This document shows, piece by piece, positions 17,088 to 29,940 of a stretch of DNA of 64,000 bases (positions are counted from its first letter, which is position 1; the number at the start of each line of letters is the position of its first letter). The stretch spans positions 167,517-231,516 of the forward strand of contig JAQGDQ010000368.1 of assembly GCA_030141605.1 (NCBI GenBank), given 5' to 3'. Source of the stretch: Tubiluchus corallicola (lineage: Eukaryota > Animalia > Priapulida). The notes under the pieces were generated by a model that searched no databases, was not told the origin of the DNA, and saw only the letters and a list, made by a program, of their open reading frames with translations. The translations under genes and the position numbers were made by a program.

Positions 17088-17460
17088 GAGCATGGCATGG
17101 AATTCGAAGAACAGAATAGAACATAATAGAATATAATACAACATAACAGAACAGAACGGAATTGGAGGAAAGTGTAGGGAAGGGGAGAGGAGAGAATGGA
17201 ATAGAAGAGAAATGAAGAGAATAGAATAGAATGGAACGACATGGAATAGAACAGAACAGAACGGAAAGGAACAGAATGCAATGGCTTGATATGGAATGGA
17301 ACAGAACAGAAAAGAGCATACTAGTGTAAGGATCAGAGAGGAGGAGCCACATGAGAGCAAAGCATGTTATCAAGAGAGGAGGGAAAGGAGAAGTGAGAAA
17401 AACAGAAGAAAGAGGAGAGGACAGGGACAGAGAAAAGTGACAAGGAGAAGGTAGTGTGGC
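17088..17460. repeat. Degenerate purine-rich pentanucleotide repeat (GAATA/GAACA/GAGAG)
   Basis: Directly visible; explains F/S/L-rich minus-strand pseudo-ORFs. Confidence 0.85.
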
Positions 17461-19456
17461 GATATGGCATCATAAATCTACTTATAATGTAATTAACTAA
17501 TCAGCATGAAAAGCTGCAGGTTCACACTAAATATCCATATTTCAAGCTATATTTCAGCTTCAGATATAAGCCCATATAAATGCCGTATAAAGTTAACTAA
17601 GAATAAAAATCATTACAAATAGATTCTACCTCAGTAACTGTGCTTACAAGACTGAGGAATAAACGATTTGAAACTTGCAAAGTTAAATTTCTTACCTCTT
17701 TTCATACCCCACGCACCAGTTGTTATAGTGATCTCCACAATTTGGCTTCCAAACTTTGACTAACTGAGTGTACGGCTTTTTACATGGTTCTCTAACTGCT
17801 ACTAGTTGCACGTCTTGATAAGGACAAACATTTGCCCTATAGTAAACATAATTCAATACACAATGTTAATTTTGTTATTGTTCGTGGTTTCACAGAGATG
17901 CCTTTTATGTGCATTATGCAAATTCATGCATATTGGCTTACATAAACTTTTGAATAGTCAATTAAAAACAAGATCAGGAAGGATAGCAAACTTTGGTGTT
18001 TTCGCTCAAGTCTTTACCTAACATTTTTATTATAATATAAAGTTCTGTAAATCTGTATTTAGCGTAAAAGGTTCTATTTTTAACCACAAAAGTCAGCTCA
18101 ACATTCATTTAACGTTTTATGACTCCGTCATGGAGACAAGCCTGAAATTAATTTAATCTCAGCCTGTTTAAACTGCTTGCTTTAATTGAACCGACTACGC
18201 TTCAAAATATATTATGATGCAATTCTTTAATTCTGGAATAATTTGTGAAAGTCAGTGGAGCGAACAAGTCGTAATTGTCGTGTAGTACAATTACAATGTA
18301 AAGTTTAACGAATTTCTTTTATTTGTGTGGGAAAAGATTAGCAAAATCTAGTAGCGCAATTGAAAAGCACAAAATTAATAATCTTAGATAGGCTCTATAT
18401 ACTTGATCAAAATGAACCAAAATTTAGAATGATGTTCCACAAATATCCAGACACTTTCATTTTACCATTAGAAAGGTTTAGGTACATACATAGGTCTAGT
18501 TCTGTTTTGCGTGTGGAAGTGGCTAATTGGTTTGGTGGCTAGAAATATACTGACTGGGTGATGGATTGACTAACTGACTAACTGGGTGCATGAAAATGTA
18601 AGTGATTCACAATCTAGCCAATTTAAATGACCGACTGGCTGAATGGTTGGCCAATCTTCTAATTTTGAGAATGGGGAATACCAGGGTACTCTACCTTGCA
18701 TCTACCTTTAATTCTTACTCTACTGTGCTTGGTTGCACTTCCAGAATGTGTGATGAGTAAGTAGTCAGCCTTCATTATCATAACAAAAGACCCTGCTGTT
18801 TTCATTATTCACTTGATCGCTTGGATGTAACAAAGTAAGCTGACTCAAGAAGAGAGGCTATCTTTATCAAATTTGCCTAAAACAATACTTTGCGAGGGGT
18901 GGACTTCTGAGGGTAAAATGTGAACTATTAACTTGTTTTCTGGCTTATAGGTTACTGAAATAGCTTCAGTTACCTGTGACTGCCTTTATTCGTCATTGGG
19001 TCAGTTAATAGATGATAATACCTGAGGTTAGGCTCTTTTTGTGTTTACATTTTACAAATTTTTCAACAGCCTACACACGAACTATCACGTTTTCCTTATT
19101 TCTTGCAATGAATACCCAAATGACTGCCCTGCATAGCACGACTTTAAATTTAGTACAGATTGATGGTAACGCGTTCCTGCTTCAAATGATTTCCTCTTTT
19201 CTTCTTTTTTCTTGAGTAAATATGATTTCAAGAATTGAGGAATTATGGGTTTATCAGACATCAGATAATTAAAAATCTTGCAAATTTTGTTAATGGACTG
19301 ACGATGCAGTGACCACCAAACATTTTTGTATGTACCACAGGTAACAAGTTGCTTTGATAATGTGCCCAAGATAATTACAGTGTATGCTACTGGGCCAGAT
19401 GAAGTGAAGTAATGCTAAGAGCACAAACGTAGCCGCTAATTACGTTGCTATTCAAT

Positions 19457-19525
19457 GGACAGAGCTTAAAGCATGTGGGGATTAACCTGAGGGCAACTTC
19501 TGCCACTCCTGTGTATGGACAAATG
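19457..19525 (+). mobile_element. Very decayed Helitron Pif1-helicase fragment
   Basis: Translates GQSLKHVGINLR...YGQM, resembling the Pif1 C-terminal signature KSQGQSLxxVGIxL...HGQLYV; flanks have stops. Confidence 0.45.
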
Positions 19526-22124
19526 CGGACATACCCGTGTGCATCCTGATTAGACAGTACATGGTATTCATGCGCTTCAATGCACGGGGGAGCCTCTTTT
19601 ATAACAGAAGGTATATATATACACACTTGCAGTGAGAGTTCAATACAATGTGGACACTAAACGCAAAAAAACGCACAACTGATAATACATACACACGTGC
19701 GCTTTATGTAACAGCGATAACCAATACTTACATGCCATTAACTAGAGTTCTATTCGTTAATATACATTGTCCAGTATGTACAATTGACATTAATAACACT
19801 AGATATCCCACACAGTGACACATATACGTAATATATCCGTGTACCATTGTCGTTTCTTTAAAGCGCACTTCACTTATTGTGCGATGCGGAGGCGCAGAAT
19901 ACGAGGAAGACAAATCTTTTTTACACTCACAGAGCTCTGTCGCTCGTTCTATTCGACGGTCATTCCATGCAGATGTCAAAACACTTAATCATGGTTCGTA
20001 GCAACACAATTTGACGGTGACGCCTTTACGGAGTCGTAGAAATTCTGCGAGTATTAATTACACGTTCATATTAAAATTTCCCTGTTTGCTATAAGGTAAA
20101 TGAAACGCAGGCCAGCCGTACCTCATGCACACATCATAAAACTGTAGGTGAAGAAAAACTCAGCAGTTCTTCCATGTGCTAAATAAGTAATTTTCACACA
20201 CGCACCGCACCATGCACCAAAATTTTTTTCGTTGATTTATTTACTTTTTTATATATAAATTTTGACTTGATTACTTTTTGATCTGGTCTGCACAATAATT
20301 ACATACCAAACACAGTATATGCACTGGCACCGGCTGCGCAGTATCGTGTGACCAGCGTGTGCTGCTCAACTGATACAGGTTCCTGGATGGTCTACTTAAA
20401 CCGCATGCGCAGATTAGTTCACCAAGAGGAGATGTAAATATACGATTATAGTCAAAATAGTGGAGTCTGACAGTTATTATTCCTGGTATGAATAAACATT
20501 TAATTTGAACTAGATCAAGTTAGTAAAATAATCAGTAAGCTAAATGCGTTGTGTTTTTTGTTACCCGTGCGACCGACAGGACGTTTACTCACGTGTGTGT
20601 GTCTACCTGTGTCAGAAAGAATGAAGCCATTATCACAAACTTGGTTATTGTTAAAGGGCAGGGATAGGATGGGGAAGGCAATGAATGCAGAAACCCATTT
20701 GCCTTTTAGTTCAAATGTCAGTAGACAAGGTGACAAGATAAAAAATGTTAAATGCAAAGCGGAATGAATGTGTAATAACCAAACTAGGCACCGTGATAGA
20801 TCTGGACCGGTGCTTCTATTGATAACTAAATGTCTCGTGAAACGTTAGGTATGTAACAATGTATGTAAACTTAACTATGTAATTTATATTTTGTTGTTTC
20901 CATGAACTGTTCTTTTCAACAGTTAAAATAATACAACCAAATATTTTGTTTGATTCTAATTTGCATGAGATTGTATAACGTAAGTAATTATTTTTTGTTT
21001 TTCAGTGTATTACATATGTTACTGCAACTTTTGTTGATTATTGACACAATGACACATAAGATTTTGCCACTTTGATATTTTGATGCATGGTTATTATCAC
21101 TATTATTATTATTTTATTTTGTCATTTCGATGCACTGTTTTCCTCAAGTTAAATAAGTTTCGCACAAAACTGCAACTAGTGTCACATAATTAACCATAGC
21201 AATTAATGCTGCATAAATAGGGGTGACCTCTTGGTCTTTCGCCACCCTTTCTCCTTTCTCAATTATCATTGCAGTATTATTCTCATATAAATATTATATA
21301 TTGATATGTCGTGTAAAAAAGACGAATAAATTGAATTGAATTGAATTGTAATGTATGCAACAACGTACATACCTGGTATATCAGGACATTTTAGAAATGA
21401 ACTAAAACTAAATGAGAAAACAAACATCCCGGATTTGTCCTGGGGCATCTTATTTACAAGCACGTGCTTTTGCCAACTGACCACCTAGGACTCACTGATA
21501 GCTAGCCTGTCATATTTTCTGTGGGCAAATGTTTTTCCGCAAAACTTCTGATCATACTTAGCACTAAATGCATTGGAAACGATGCTTGCCTTAAAGGCTT
21601 ACGATTTAAATTGCCTTTTAACAAAACTTCGGTGACAACGGGTAAAAGCACCTGATTTGCAGTTAGCCCAGGTATAAATATGAAAACTTTTATTTCCAAC
21701 ACAAACTGTGAGTGAGTTTTTTTTAATATTACCGAAAAGAAATATAAGTTTAATAAAGATATTATTTTAATTAAGATTTTCCAGACTTTTTAAGCTTTTT
21801 ATGATGATTACAGTTTAGCTGGATTTCATGCACAGTAAAACACAGTAGGTACATGTAAAACGTAAAATGGATAATGTTATTTATAATTGTAAATCATCTT
21901 ACTGGTTAATTTTAAGTGTTTGTTGATTTGCTGAAAAGCAATTGTGGTACTTTTCTGAACGTCCTCAGACTTCAGGGATAAGATTTGGTCACGTGGGAAT
22001 ACACGCATGTTGTGTTTGACGAATGCCACATAGCCAACCTTCAAACAGTGGTGGTTTCTGCAGAGAGAATAGTTTTGAACCAATTGGCAGTTATGCAGTG
22101 AATTGCTTCTCAGCCGATTTTAAT

Positions 22125-22490
22125 ACTAGGTAAAATCCGTGCTGACAAGCATTGTTATATTGTGTTGTGATCTTGACCTCTTATCTGCCGACCTTGACCT
22201 CCAATCCGCTGACCTTGACGAAACTCGAGGTGCTCGTGCTGACAAGCACTACCATATTTGTTGTGATCTTGAACTCTGCTGACCTTGATTTCTGATCTGT
22301 TGGCCGTGACCTCTAATCTGACGAGCTTGACCTCTCATCAGCCAAACTTTAGAACTAGGTAAAACTCGGGAACCCAAGTACTATTATATTCGCTGTGACC
22401 TTGAACTTTTATGTGCCGATCTTGATCTTTAATCAGCTAACCTTGCCTTCTAGTTTGACCTCCAATTGACCTCTCAGCTGTCAACCTTAA
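22125..22490. repeat. Degenerate ~100-130-bp tandem repeat rich in TGACCTTGACCT
   Basis: Recurring blocks ACTAGGTAAAA / GTGCTGACAAGCA / TGTGATCTTGA followed by TGACCT arrays. Confidence 0.7.
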
Positions 22491-24857
22491 CAGGATAACA
22501 ACTAGTTCTGGTGACTGGCGTACATATATATTCGTAATCACTGCTCTGTCATATTTGGCTACATTTTAGTTACTCTTTTTTGAGATGTGTAAAAGATCCG
22601 AAAGTTACCCAGTTTGCACAAAGTCCAATGGAAATTACAGGTTCGAGGTATCTAAAGTCCATTTAAAAATTTCCCTGAAAGCTGAGTGCTCATTAGCTTG
22701 TATAAAAATAATAAGTGTAGGTATCTTATAAACCTCTAATGAGATATTTCTGATCTTCTCGTCGTAAACACAGGTATATTCTTCAAAATTACTAGGCTGT
22801 TTCATCATTGAACAAATCTTAAATTCTGCTTTCTTCTTCGTAACTGCTGCCTCTATTTTCTCTGCCTTAAATGGTCCGTTGCCTTTGGCATCCACTCATT
22901 TCAGAATCATATATATATATAAATATATTTATATATAAATAAACAACCAGAACTATACATATATATATAATAATGGTAGTATACATTATAAAATGTGAAA
23001 TATATTTTATACCATGATATTAACCCGTAAGACACACTACAACGTATTTCGACAATTATTTCTGCAGACTAGACGAATTTTCAGAAAAGTGGAATTCTGG
23101 GGGCGTTTTTTAAGTAGCCAGCTTAGCAAGTCTTGTCTCTTGGCCGATAGATCGTAGCCAAATTCACAAGAGAGGTTATACTAATCACCTTTAAACAACG
23201 TCCCTAAAACTTTATAGAAGCATCACTTGCTATTTTCTTCTAGTTTTTCATGTTTGTTTCATGAAAATTAATGTCGAATGGAAGTTTTGTCTCAACAAAG
23301 TTATTTCTGGATTAGGCTTCAGCAACATGTTTTTCATTCCATACTAAACGATGAAAATTATTTTCAAGTGGCAATTACAACAACAGCTCTGTCTTTGTAA
23401 CTATGATGTTAGGATATTAGTTTATTATGCTTCCCTTCCTTGTCGCCAGATGTCACCACCACGTACTGCTGCTTCCACATTACTGCCTTGGTGCTGTAAT
23501 ACACTAAAATAGTAATTGAACTAACAGAAGTCGATGCACGTTTAAGGTTTTATAATTAAATTAAGGATATAGTTGGTTGAACGATAGAAGTTGCTTACAG
23601 TTACGTGAAAAAGATGAAAATCTACCTATTAACGCCGACGCCGTTAAACAGACTAAAGTTTCGCTTATGTTTATATAAAGAATTGTGATATATAGTGTTT
23701 CACTTACTTGAGCTACAGGCTTTTTTATTGGTCAGCTTTGCTCAACGCGTGTCTGTCACGTGACAGATTTGCTATTGTGTCTCCTTAATCATCAGTAAGA
23801 ATGTGAAAAGTTAGTTCAATGTAAGGACCGTTTTAATCTTTGCGTCAACTTTTTTATACTACCAAAATCTGGCATAGATATTTCACAATCCCCTTTAGGA
23901 GTTGAAGCAGAAAAGTGACGCACAAGTGAAACATTTATGCAACAAGAGTTGATAGTTTGGCACAGCGAGGTGGCGAGGAGGTGAAGCCTTTATACTACTG
24001 ACAGCTAAGGTTCACAGTTCTCCACAGCCAGGCAAGAGTTTGTACAGAGACGTGGCATTGGGTGGTTACATTTATACTACTCGCAAAACTAAAAAATGCT
24101 TTGTATTTAAACCGGTTGAAACGCGCGACAAGAAATTTCTGAATTGAAATTTTTTAAGTATAACTGGAAAATTCTTAGCAGAACTCACCTTTCAATTCTC
24201 ATCACTATTATTATTTTTGCCATTGGAGTCAACCAATGTAATTATGTCGTCAGTTATGTATTGTGCGTAAATATTCTTTTGCATTGCGAACTTCGCCATA
24301 GCTTGTTGAAGGACAGTAGTCCCCTAATTTTTAAACAGTAGTAAGCTTAAACATATCAAACATAACGATCAGAGTTTACAAGTGTGCGCAAAATAAATTG
24401 TTAACATTTCATTTAAGGGAACGCATCGCATCGATGGTTATTAACAATCAGTTTTTAAAAATGATTCAAAACTTTGCACCAAATTTTAGTTTTAATGTTA
24501 CACAAGGGAACTGCATGTTTTAATTTTATTGCAAGTGGCCAATTTCAAACCACAAATACGATAGCAATAATACAGTTTGAAATTCCGCAAGCTGAAACCC
24601 AGCATTTAATGGCGTACTCAAATTCGATGGTCATTGCTAGACCGTCACCAGACTCATCCAATCTATGCCTGTAAGGTGAGCTACTGAATCAGCAGAAGTG
24701 GCTACTTCAACCTCACTCAGATGTGTGCACATCTTCTTCTACGAGGTAAACAACCAGAATCAGCACTGAAAATGAAATCGCCTAGGAGCGAGAATCAAAG
24801 CGGTTCACCTATCCAGCCACCGATGAGTCTAGGTATCATTTAGCTTCACCAATCATC

Positions 24858-25090
24858 AAGACAAGACAAAGACAAAAAGACAACGTTTATTTACCGTCGC
24901 ATGTTTAAATAAACAACAGCACTAACGGTTATTTAGCAACTGACACTTAACGACAATGCAGGTAAGAACGCTACATACAAATAACAAAGAACATGTAGGG
25001 AATATGTCCTGGCGTTAGCACCAGTCACTAGACTCGAATTAAAGACTGCGTGGTTGCAGTCCGAAATCTAGACCACTCGGCCACCCTACC
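24858..25090 (-). mobile_element. tRNA-derived SINE (second family) with (GTCTT)n-like tail
   Basis: Minus-strand head GGTAGGGTGGCCGAGTGGTCTAG (A box), degenerate B box AATTCGAGTC; AAGAC repeats at 24858-24882 form the tail. Confidence 0.6.
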
Positions 25091-25306
25091 CAGGAGATTG
25101 CAGTATAATCTGAGCGCCACCCCTTCGATTCCAAGTATGAATTCTACATAAAGAGTCTAACACACTTATCATTTTAAAACTTTGTAATAAAACAAGCCTT
25201 TGCCGACACGTGTCTCTATTTCAAATGCAGCTTCGTGAAAAACGGTGTGCATTAAATTTCATTAGTTTTTCGTTTCAATGGTTACAATGTTACATCCTAT
25301 TTCTCT

Positions 25307-25566
25307 GATGGAACAAACCACAGTTGTTGAATTTTGTAACAAATCTTGCTCGAAAAAACAAATGTGAAAAGTGGAAACGACGCACAGATTTGAACCGGAG
25401 ACCTCGTTTAAGAGGCAAACGTCTGGCTATCATTCCCAGGTTTCTAGACCAGTCTTAATGCAATGGTCTGCGGTTCGCATCTACACTGTGGTCAGGACTT
25501 TTTCACATTTTCTTTTTTCGAACAAGTTTGGTTTTAGAATTCAACAATTGTTTGGTTTATTACATC
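25307..25566. repeat. Inverted pair of B-box-containing repeat units
   Basis: 25307-25402 is the reverse complement homolog of 25465-25566 (GGTCTnCGGTTC..ATC..CTTTTCACATTT..TCGAnCAAG..AATTCAACAA..CATC). Confidence 0.7.
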
Positions 25567-26099
25567 AATAATAATAATTTTAAAAATTAAGATTACCAAT
25601 AATTACTTACTTTAACACTCATTTTGAGATCGTCACAGTAACCCACAGGCTCAGTGAATCACCAAAGTCGGGAGGTTTTGCTAAGAATAGTTTTGCAACA
25701 GTTGAAATACACGTTAATGATTTTCCCGCATTAACAATATTATGTAGTCTCTGCTGGCATTGAGTTTACCTTAGTAATTACTTTTCTAATAGAGACACCT
25801 CCAAAAAACGAAATGAAATTTTAGTAACAGAAATCATACTTCAGAATTTATAAATACGCTATGTTTTGATCAAAACAACAAGAAAGCTCTGGGTACTTTA
25901 GAGATTTGTGACAAGTTGCAGCCATTTTCTTGTTTCTCTCAATTATCAATGAATAACGAATTAATTATTTCAACTTTGGTTGTTCACAACAACAAAAATA
26001 ATAATAAGAGTGAAATTTGTGTTTCAAAGCCACTAATAAACAGCCATTGACGTAATGTATTGAATAACATAATCAGTAATAATAGACATTAAATCTTGC

Positions 26100-26485
26100 C
26101 TTTCTTTTCATTATCTCACTTTAAGTTACCTTACTTTTCCTTACTTTATCTTATTTTATTTTATCCTACCTTACTTTACCTTACCTTACCCTACTTTACC
26201 TTACCTTACCTTACCTTACCTTACCTTACCCTACCTTACCTTACCTTACATTACCTTACCTTATTCTACATTACCTTACCTTACCTTACATTACCTTACC
26301 TTATCTCCCCTTACCTTACCTTATCTTACTCTTCTCGTCTCGTCTCACCTTACCTCATCTCATCTGACCTCATTTCGTCTCATCTTTTCTTAATTTCATC
26401 TATCTCATTTCATCTCATCCTACTTTGTTTTATCTCGCCTTATCTTATCTTATATTCTTACATTATCTTACTTTATCTTGTCTTA
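26100..26485. repeat. (CCTTA)n/(TCTCA)n pentanucleotide repeat
   Basis: Directly visible; explains LTLPY pseudo-ORF. Confidence 0.92.
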
Positions 26486-27027
26486 ATAATTATATTAAAT
26501 AGTAATTTGTGAGTGTTATATATATATATAAAGACTTGATTTTTTATACTAAATTTGCGACTTGCAATTTATAAATTCATTCAATTTTGATTCTGATTTT
26601 AGAGCAAAGCTGGTTTGAAATAAAAAATAAGCATAACTATCGTTTTATAGCTCTACCGTCTAATGATTATTGCTTTAACGTGTAGAATTTTACTTTTGTA
26701 TCTTACTATTCAATCCTTCGTCAATTGAACTTATGTACAAATGACACCTTTGGTTTTGCTTGCATTGTATTGTCATTTAAGAGCTAGTCATTAAGATCAA
26801 CTAATTAGTCAAACGTTGGCCTAGTGGTGACCCATAAAACGGCTGTAAACAACAGAACTGTTGAGCGACTCAGTCGGCAATAGATAATGAAGTTTTTGTT
26901 TACTCGAAATTCCACCATTGTTTTTATCGCTCTGGCGCCTAGTTTTCAATCGTGACAGCTTATGTAAGAGACTATCATGCGCATCATGCGCAGGTGTAGA
27001 GTTTTGGTTACTGTCGTTCGGAATGTG

Positions 27028-27182
27028 ATGAAACTGAGACATTTAGTGAAAGTTTTGATCGCGCTTGTAGTCTGGTGTGTCATTACAAAGTTTCACTTGA
27101 TGTCACTTAATGCAACAGTCAGCTCTCACACTGATTATGGGGAAACGGATTGTGATAACCGGAGAGAAGAAAGAAGTGAAAG
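27028..27182 (+). CDS. GXYLT-like GT8 glycosyltransferase, exon 1 (cytoplasmic tail, TM anchor, stem); alternative in-frame ATG at 26977
   Basis: MKLRHLVKVLIALVVWCVITKFHL = type II signal anchor; donor AG|GTAACT in phase 2 matches phase of exon at 32534. Confidence 0.7.
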
Positions 27183-27361
27183 GTAACTTGCAACTTGCGC
27201 TTCTCTGATATCTGAGGTACACTAAATGTAGATTTAACAAACCGACGTTTCCTAAACCACGAACCACATAAACAAAAACATACGTGCATTACCTTATTAA
27301 CAATTTGCACTATATTGTCATTCTTACCTTTGACTGGTTGCTTACCATTTTACTGATGCAT

Positions 27362-27625
27362 TAGACTGAGAGACAGACAGACAGACTGAAAGAGTGATTG
27401 AATGAATGAGTAAGCGAGCGAACGAGCGAGTGAACGGATGAATAAGTAAATGACTGAATAAATGAATGAACGAATGAATGAGTGAGCGAGCGAACGAGCG
27501 AGTGAACGGATGAATAAGTAAATGAATGAATAAATGAATGAACGAATGAATAAACGGATGGATGAATGAATGAATGAATGAATGAATGGTTAATTGACTG
27601 ACTCATTTGATTTGATTTGATTCAT
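27362..27625. repeat. (GAAT/GAGC/GACA)n tetramer array with a ~60-bp higher-order duplication
   Basis: Directly visible in intron 1 of the GT8 gene. Confidence 0.88.
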
Positions 27626-28355
27626 TTTGAACAAATAAAAACATACACTACAATTATATAATATTTTATTATGACTGACTGACGGGAAAAATCGTCATTA
27701 TTTATCACAAAAAACAAATCGATAAAGAAAATGGTCTTTAAATTCTATAAATTGATTTGCAAACACATATATTTGTATAATGCCATGCATCGTTAAAGCC
27801 ATGATACTGCCATGTAAAATAAATAATTCTATTTTAATAGAATTTTTTTTCAAATGTTAAATTTGAATATTTGGCAAAGCAACATTAGTATATATTAGAG
27901 TTCGTAGAGGCTTAATCTTGATAAACGTTTTATTTTTTAGGTTAGGCAGTGCAGTGAATGACTATCAGCCTCCATCTTATAATTTCTGTTTCTGCTACCT
28001 ATCCTTTGTGTATCAGTAACTTCATAGTAGCATTAGCATTTTCATCTTCAATAGGTTTATCCAGCATATTAACTGAGAAACAAATTTACAACTATATAAC
28101 AAACGGTAACATTAATAACACGTAGTATTAATAACACGACAGTAACAGTAACAGTAACAAATCAACCACATCACTTGCATGCATACTTCAGTGCCATTTT
28201 GCAGTTTCTAGCTACGTAAGCCTTTCTCCAGAACTACTTCTTTGTAGAATTCCCTGTTGCATCACTGCCTACCTAAAAAAGTACATTGACTAGGTTTATT
28301 AGCACAGTATTTTTACACGAGCAATTCTTCAACAAAGCGTGGAAAAGTAACGATG

Positions 28356-29296
28356 TTACGTGTAGCCCAATGTAGTAAGCAAACGTTTACATTCTAATTG
28401 AATCTGTTTAATTTCACTTTTAGTCAGTTTTGTTTTCCAACTTTCAATGTGAAATATTGGATTATTTCTGAACGTGGAAAACGGTTGTTTATTTGCTGCT
28501 AAGTTGTTGCTGATGCGTGAATCACGACCGTCTATTAAACCAACGTTTTTCAAAAATTGTATAACATTTTGACTGTCATCTAAGCCAGCAAAATCGAAAA
28601 GTTTTTTGGTGATTGGTTCGGTTTTCTTTATTAGCTGTTCATAAGTTAGTATTAACAGTTTTGACGTAGGAAATAAAGTTGTTCTCAAGCTGTTAACGTT
28701 TTCGACCATATCTGCACACATTTCTTTCACAGCTGTTGCGTTAAAGTTATTACTAAACTTCACCTCTTTCCTGGACGCTATGACAGCTCTCGGATCGCGA
28801 ACCAGGTAAATGATTTTCGTCTCAACGGGTTCTTGGAAAAGCGGAAACAGATCGGCGACGTGTAAACGAACCGTTTTGACGACAACGAGTTTATGTTTGC
28901 TGCACAGTCTGTCTAGGGAAGTCTTCCCGAGTTTCGTAATTAAGGCACCACATGCCGCATCGACGTCGTCATCTCTCACGCCATCTAGCGTCCTGTTACA
29001 TCCTGCTGCCAAGGACATTGCCTTGCTACGAGCTAGCAAAAGAACCCAGTTGCTCAGATTCTGATGCATCTTATTCATTGCAGCAATGTCGGTGAAATTA
29101 CAGTTTATTATGCGTTTCAATCTCTCGACCCCTTTGTTGATTATGCTTGTGTTTTGGGGGTGTTTTCTCACCCTCCAAGGCATCACGTTCTCTTTCTGAA
29201 AGGGTGGTAACATCAGTAAGGGTTCAAATACGTACAGCACATCAGGATGGTTGTTGAATATGTCACCCAAAAGACTGGATCCACTTCTATGATGTG
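28356..29296 (-). CDS. Carbohydrate sulfotransferase (Gal/GlcNAc-6-O-sulfotransferase, CHST1/3/4/5/6-like), catalytic exon
   Basis: 5'-PAPS motif HHRSGSSLLGDIF, YVFEPL, VKTVRL, 3'-PAPS motif LVRDPRAVIASR, TYEQL, FSTFRN, WKTKL..IQLEC..LGY. Long ORF lacks an ATG start (GTG), so a spliced 5' end is needed; acceptor TTTCAG at 29297 is the best guess. Confidence 0.9.
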
Positions 29297-29875
29297 CTGA
29301 AATTAACCAACATACTTCAAAGTAATAACCTGGTTGTTTGCAAAAAATCAGAAATATGTATATTTGAGAAATTGAAAAGCTTTTATTGTGAAATAAAGCA
29401 AGAAACGTGATCCATAATGAAACCTTTACCAAGATATTGGCAAAATCGTCAGCTAGTTTTAAATTATGTTTCAAATACGCTGTAATGGCTTCACGATACA
29501 CTTATCCCGGCTAACAGGACTCGCTTATTTGTTTCCTATTTCAAATTATAACAATTTAAACGAATTCTTTTCATATCAAAATAGCTTTAACACGTTTAAG
29601 TTGGAATTTTAAATACGTTTGATATTTAACAGGTACATAATTTAAGCGTTTTTATTTTAATATTTTCTTCATCTTCTGTGTGCTTAATGATAGCCGTCTA
29701 ATAATGTATCTTTTAAATATAAACCGTAAAAATCAGTTACCCAATTTGTGTATGTGATGTAAATGTAACTTTTATCATGGTCAATAAACTAACTAACTAA
29801 CTATATAGAGATTTGGGTTGATGGCCTGGAGTCGTTAGTAAAAAAGACTGTTTTTATTTATCTTATTTATTTCCT

Positions 29876-29940
29876 CCAAAAGAATAAGATGACGTGGTCG
29901 TGACGTCAGTGAACTACGATCCCAGGGTGCATCACTGTTT
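29876..29940 (-). CDS. Candidate exon 2 of the sulfotransferase (RNSDAPWDRSSLTSRPRHLILL)
   Basis: Strong acceptor TTATTGTTTTTCAG; phase fits exon 1; RHLILL fits the strand before the PAPS loop, but no GT donor at the expected position. Confidence 0.4.

Noticed and set aside
17696-17763. Possible minus-strand exon (LVKVWKPNCGDHYNNWCVGYEK) with a strong donor
   Set aside because: Weak acceptor tract, no recognisable homology, no partner exons found
22635-22895. 86-aa minus-strand ORF as a host exon
   Set aside because: No ATG or clear splice sites; GPF..E.IEAAV and ISLEVYK only faintly resemble LINE ORF2 debris
25015-25090. Functional tRNA gene
   Set aside because: A box is good but the B box and stems are degenerate and a repeat tail follows; called SINE instead
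26100-26485. (CCTTA)n as an interstitial telomere
   Set aside because: Unit is TAAGG on the reverse strand, not TTAGG or TTAGGG; it grades into other pentamers like an ordinary SSR
29297-29501. N-terminal 68 codons of the 381-aa ORF as the real N-terminus
   Set aside because: Starts at GTG, has intron-like composition, and a proper ATG/anchor exon exists at 30363-30517
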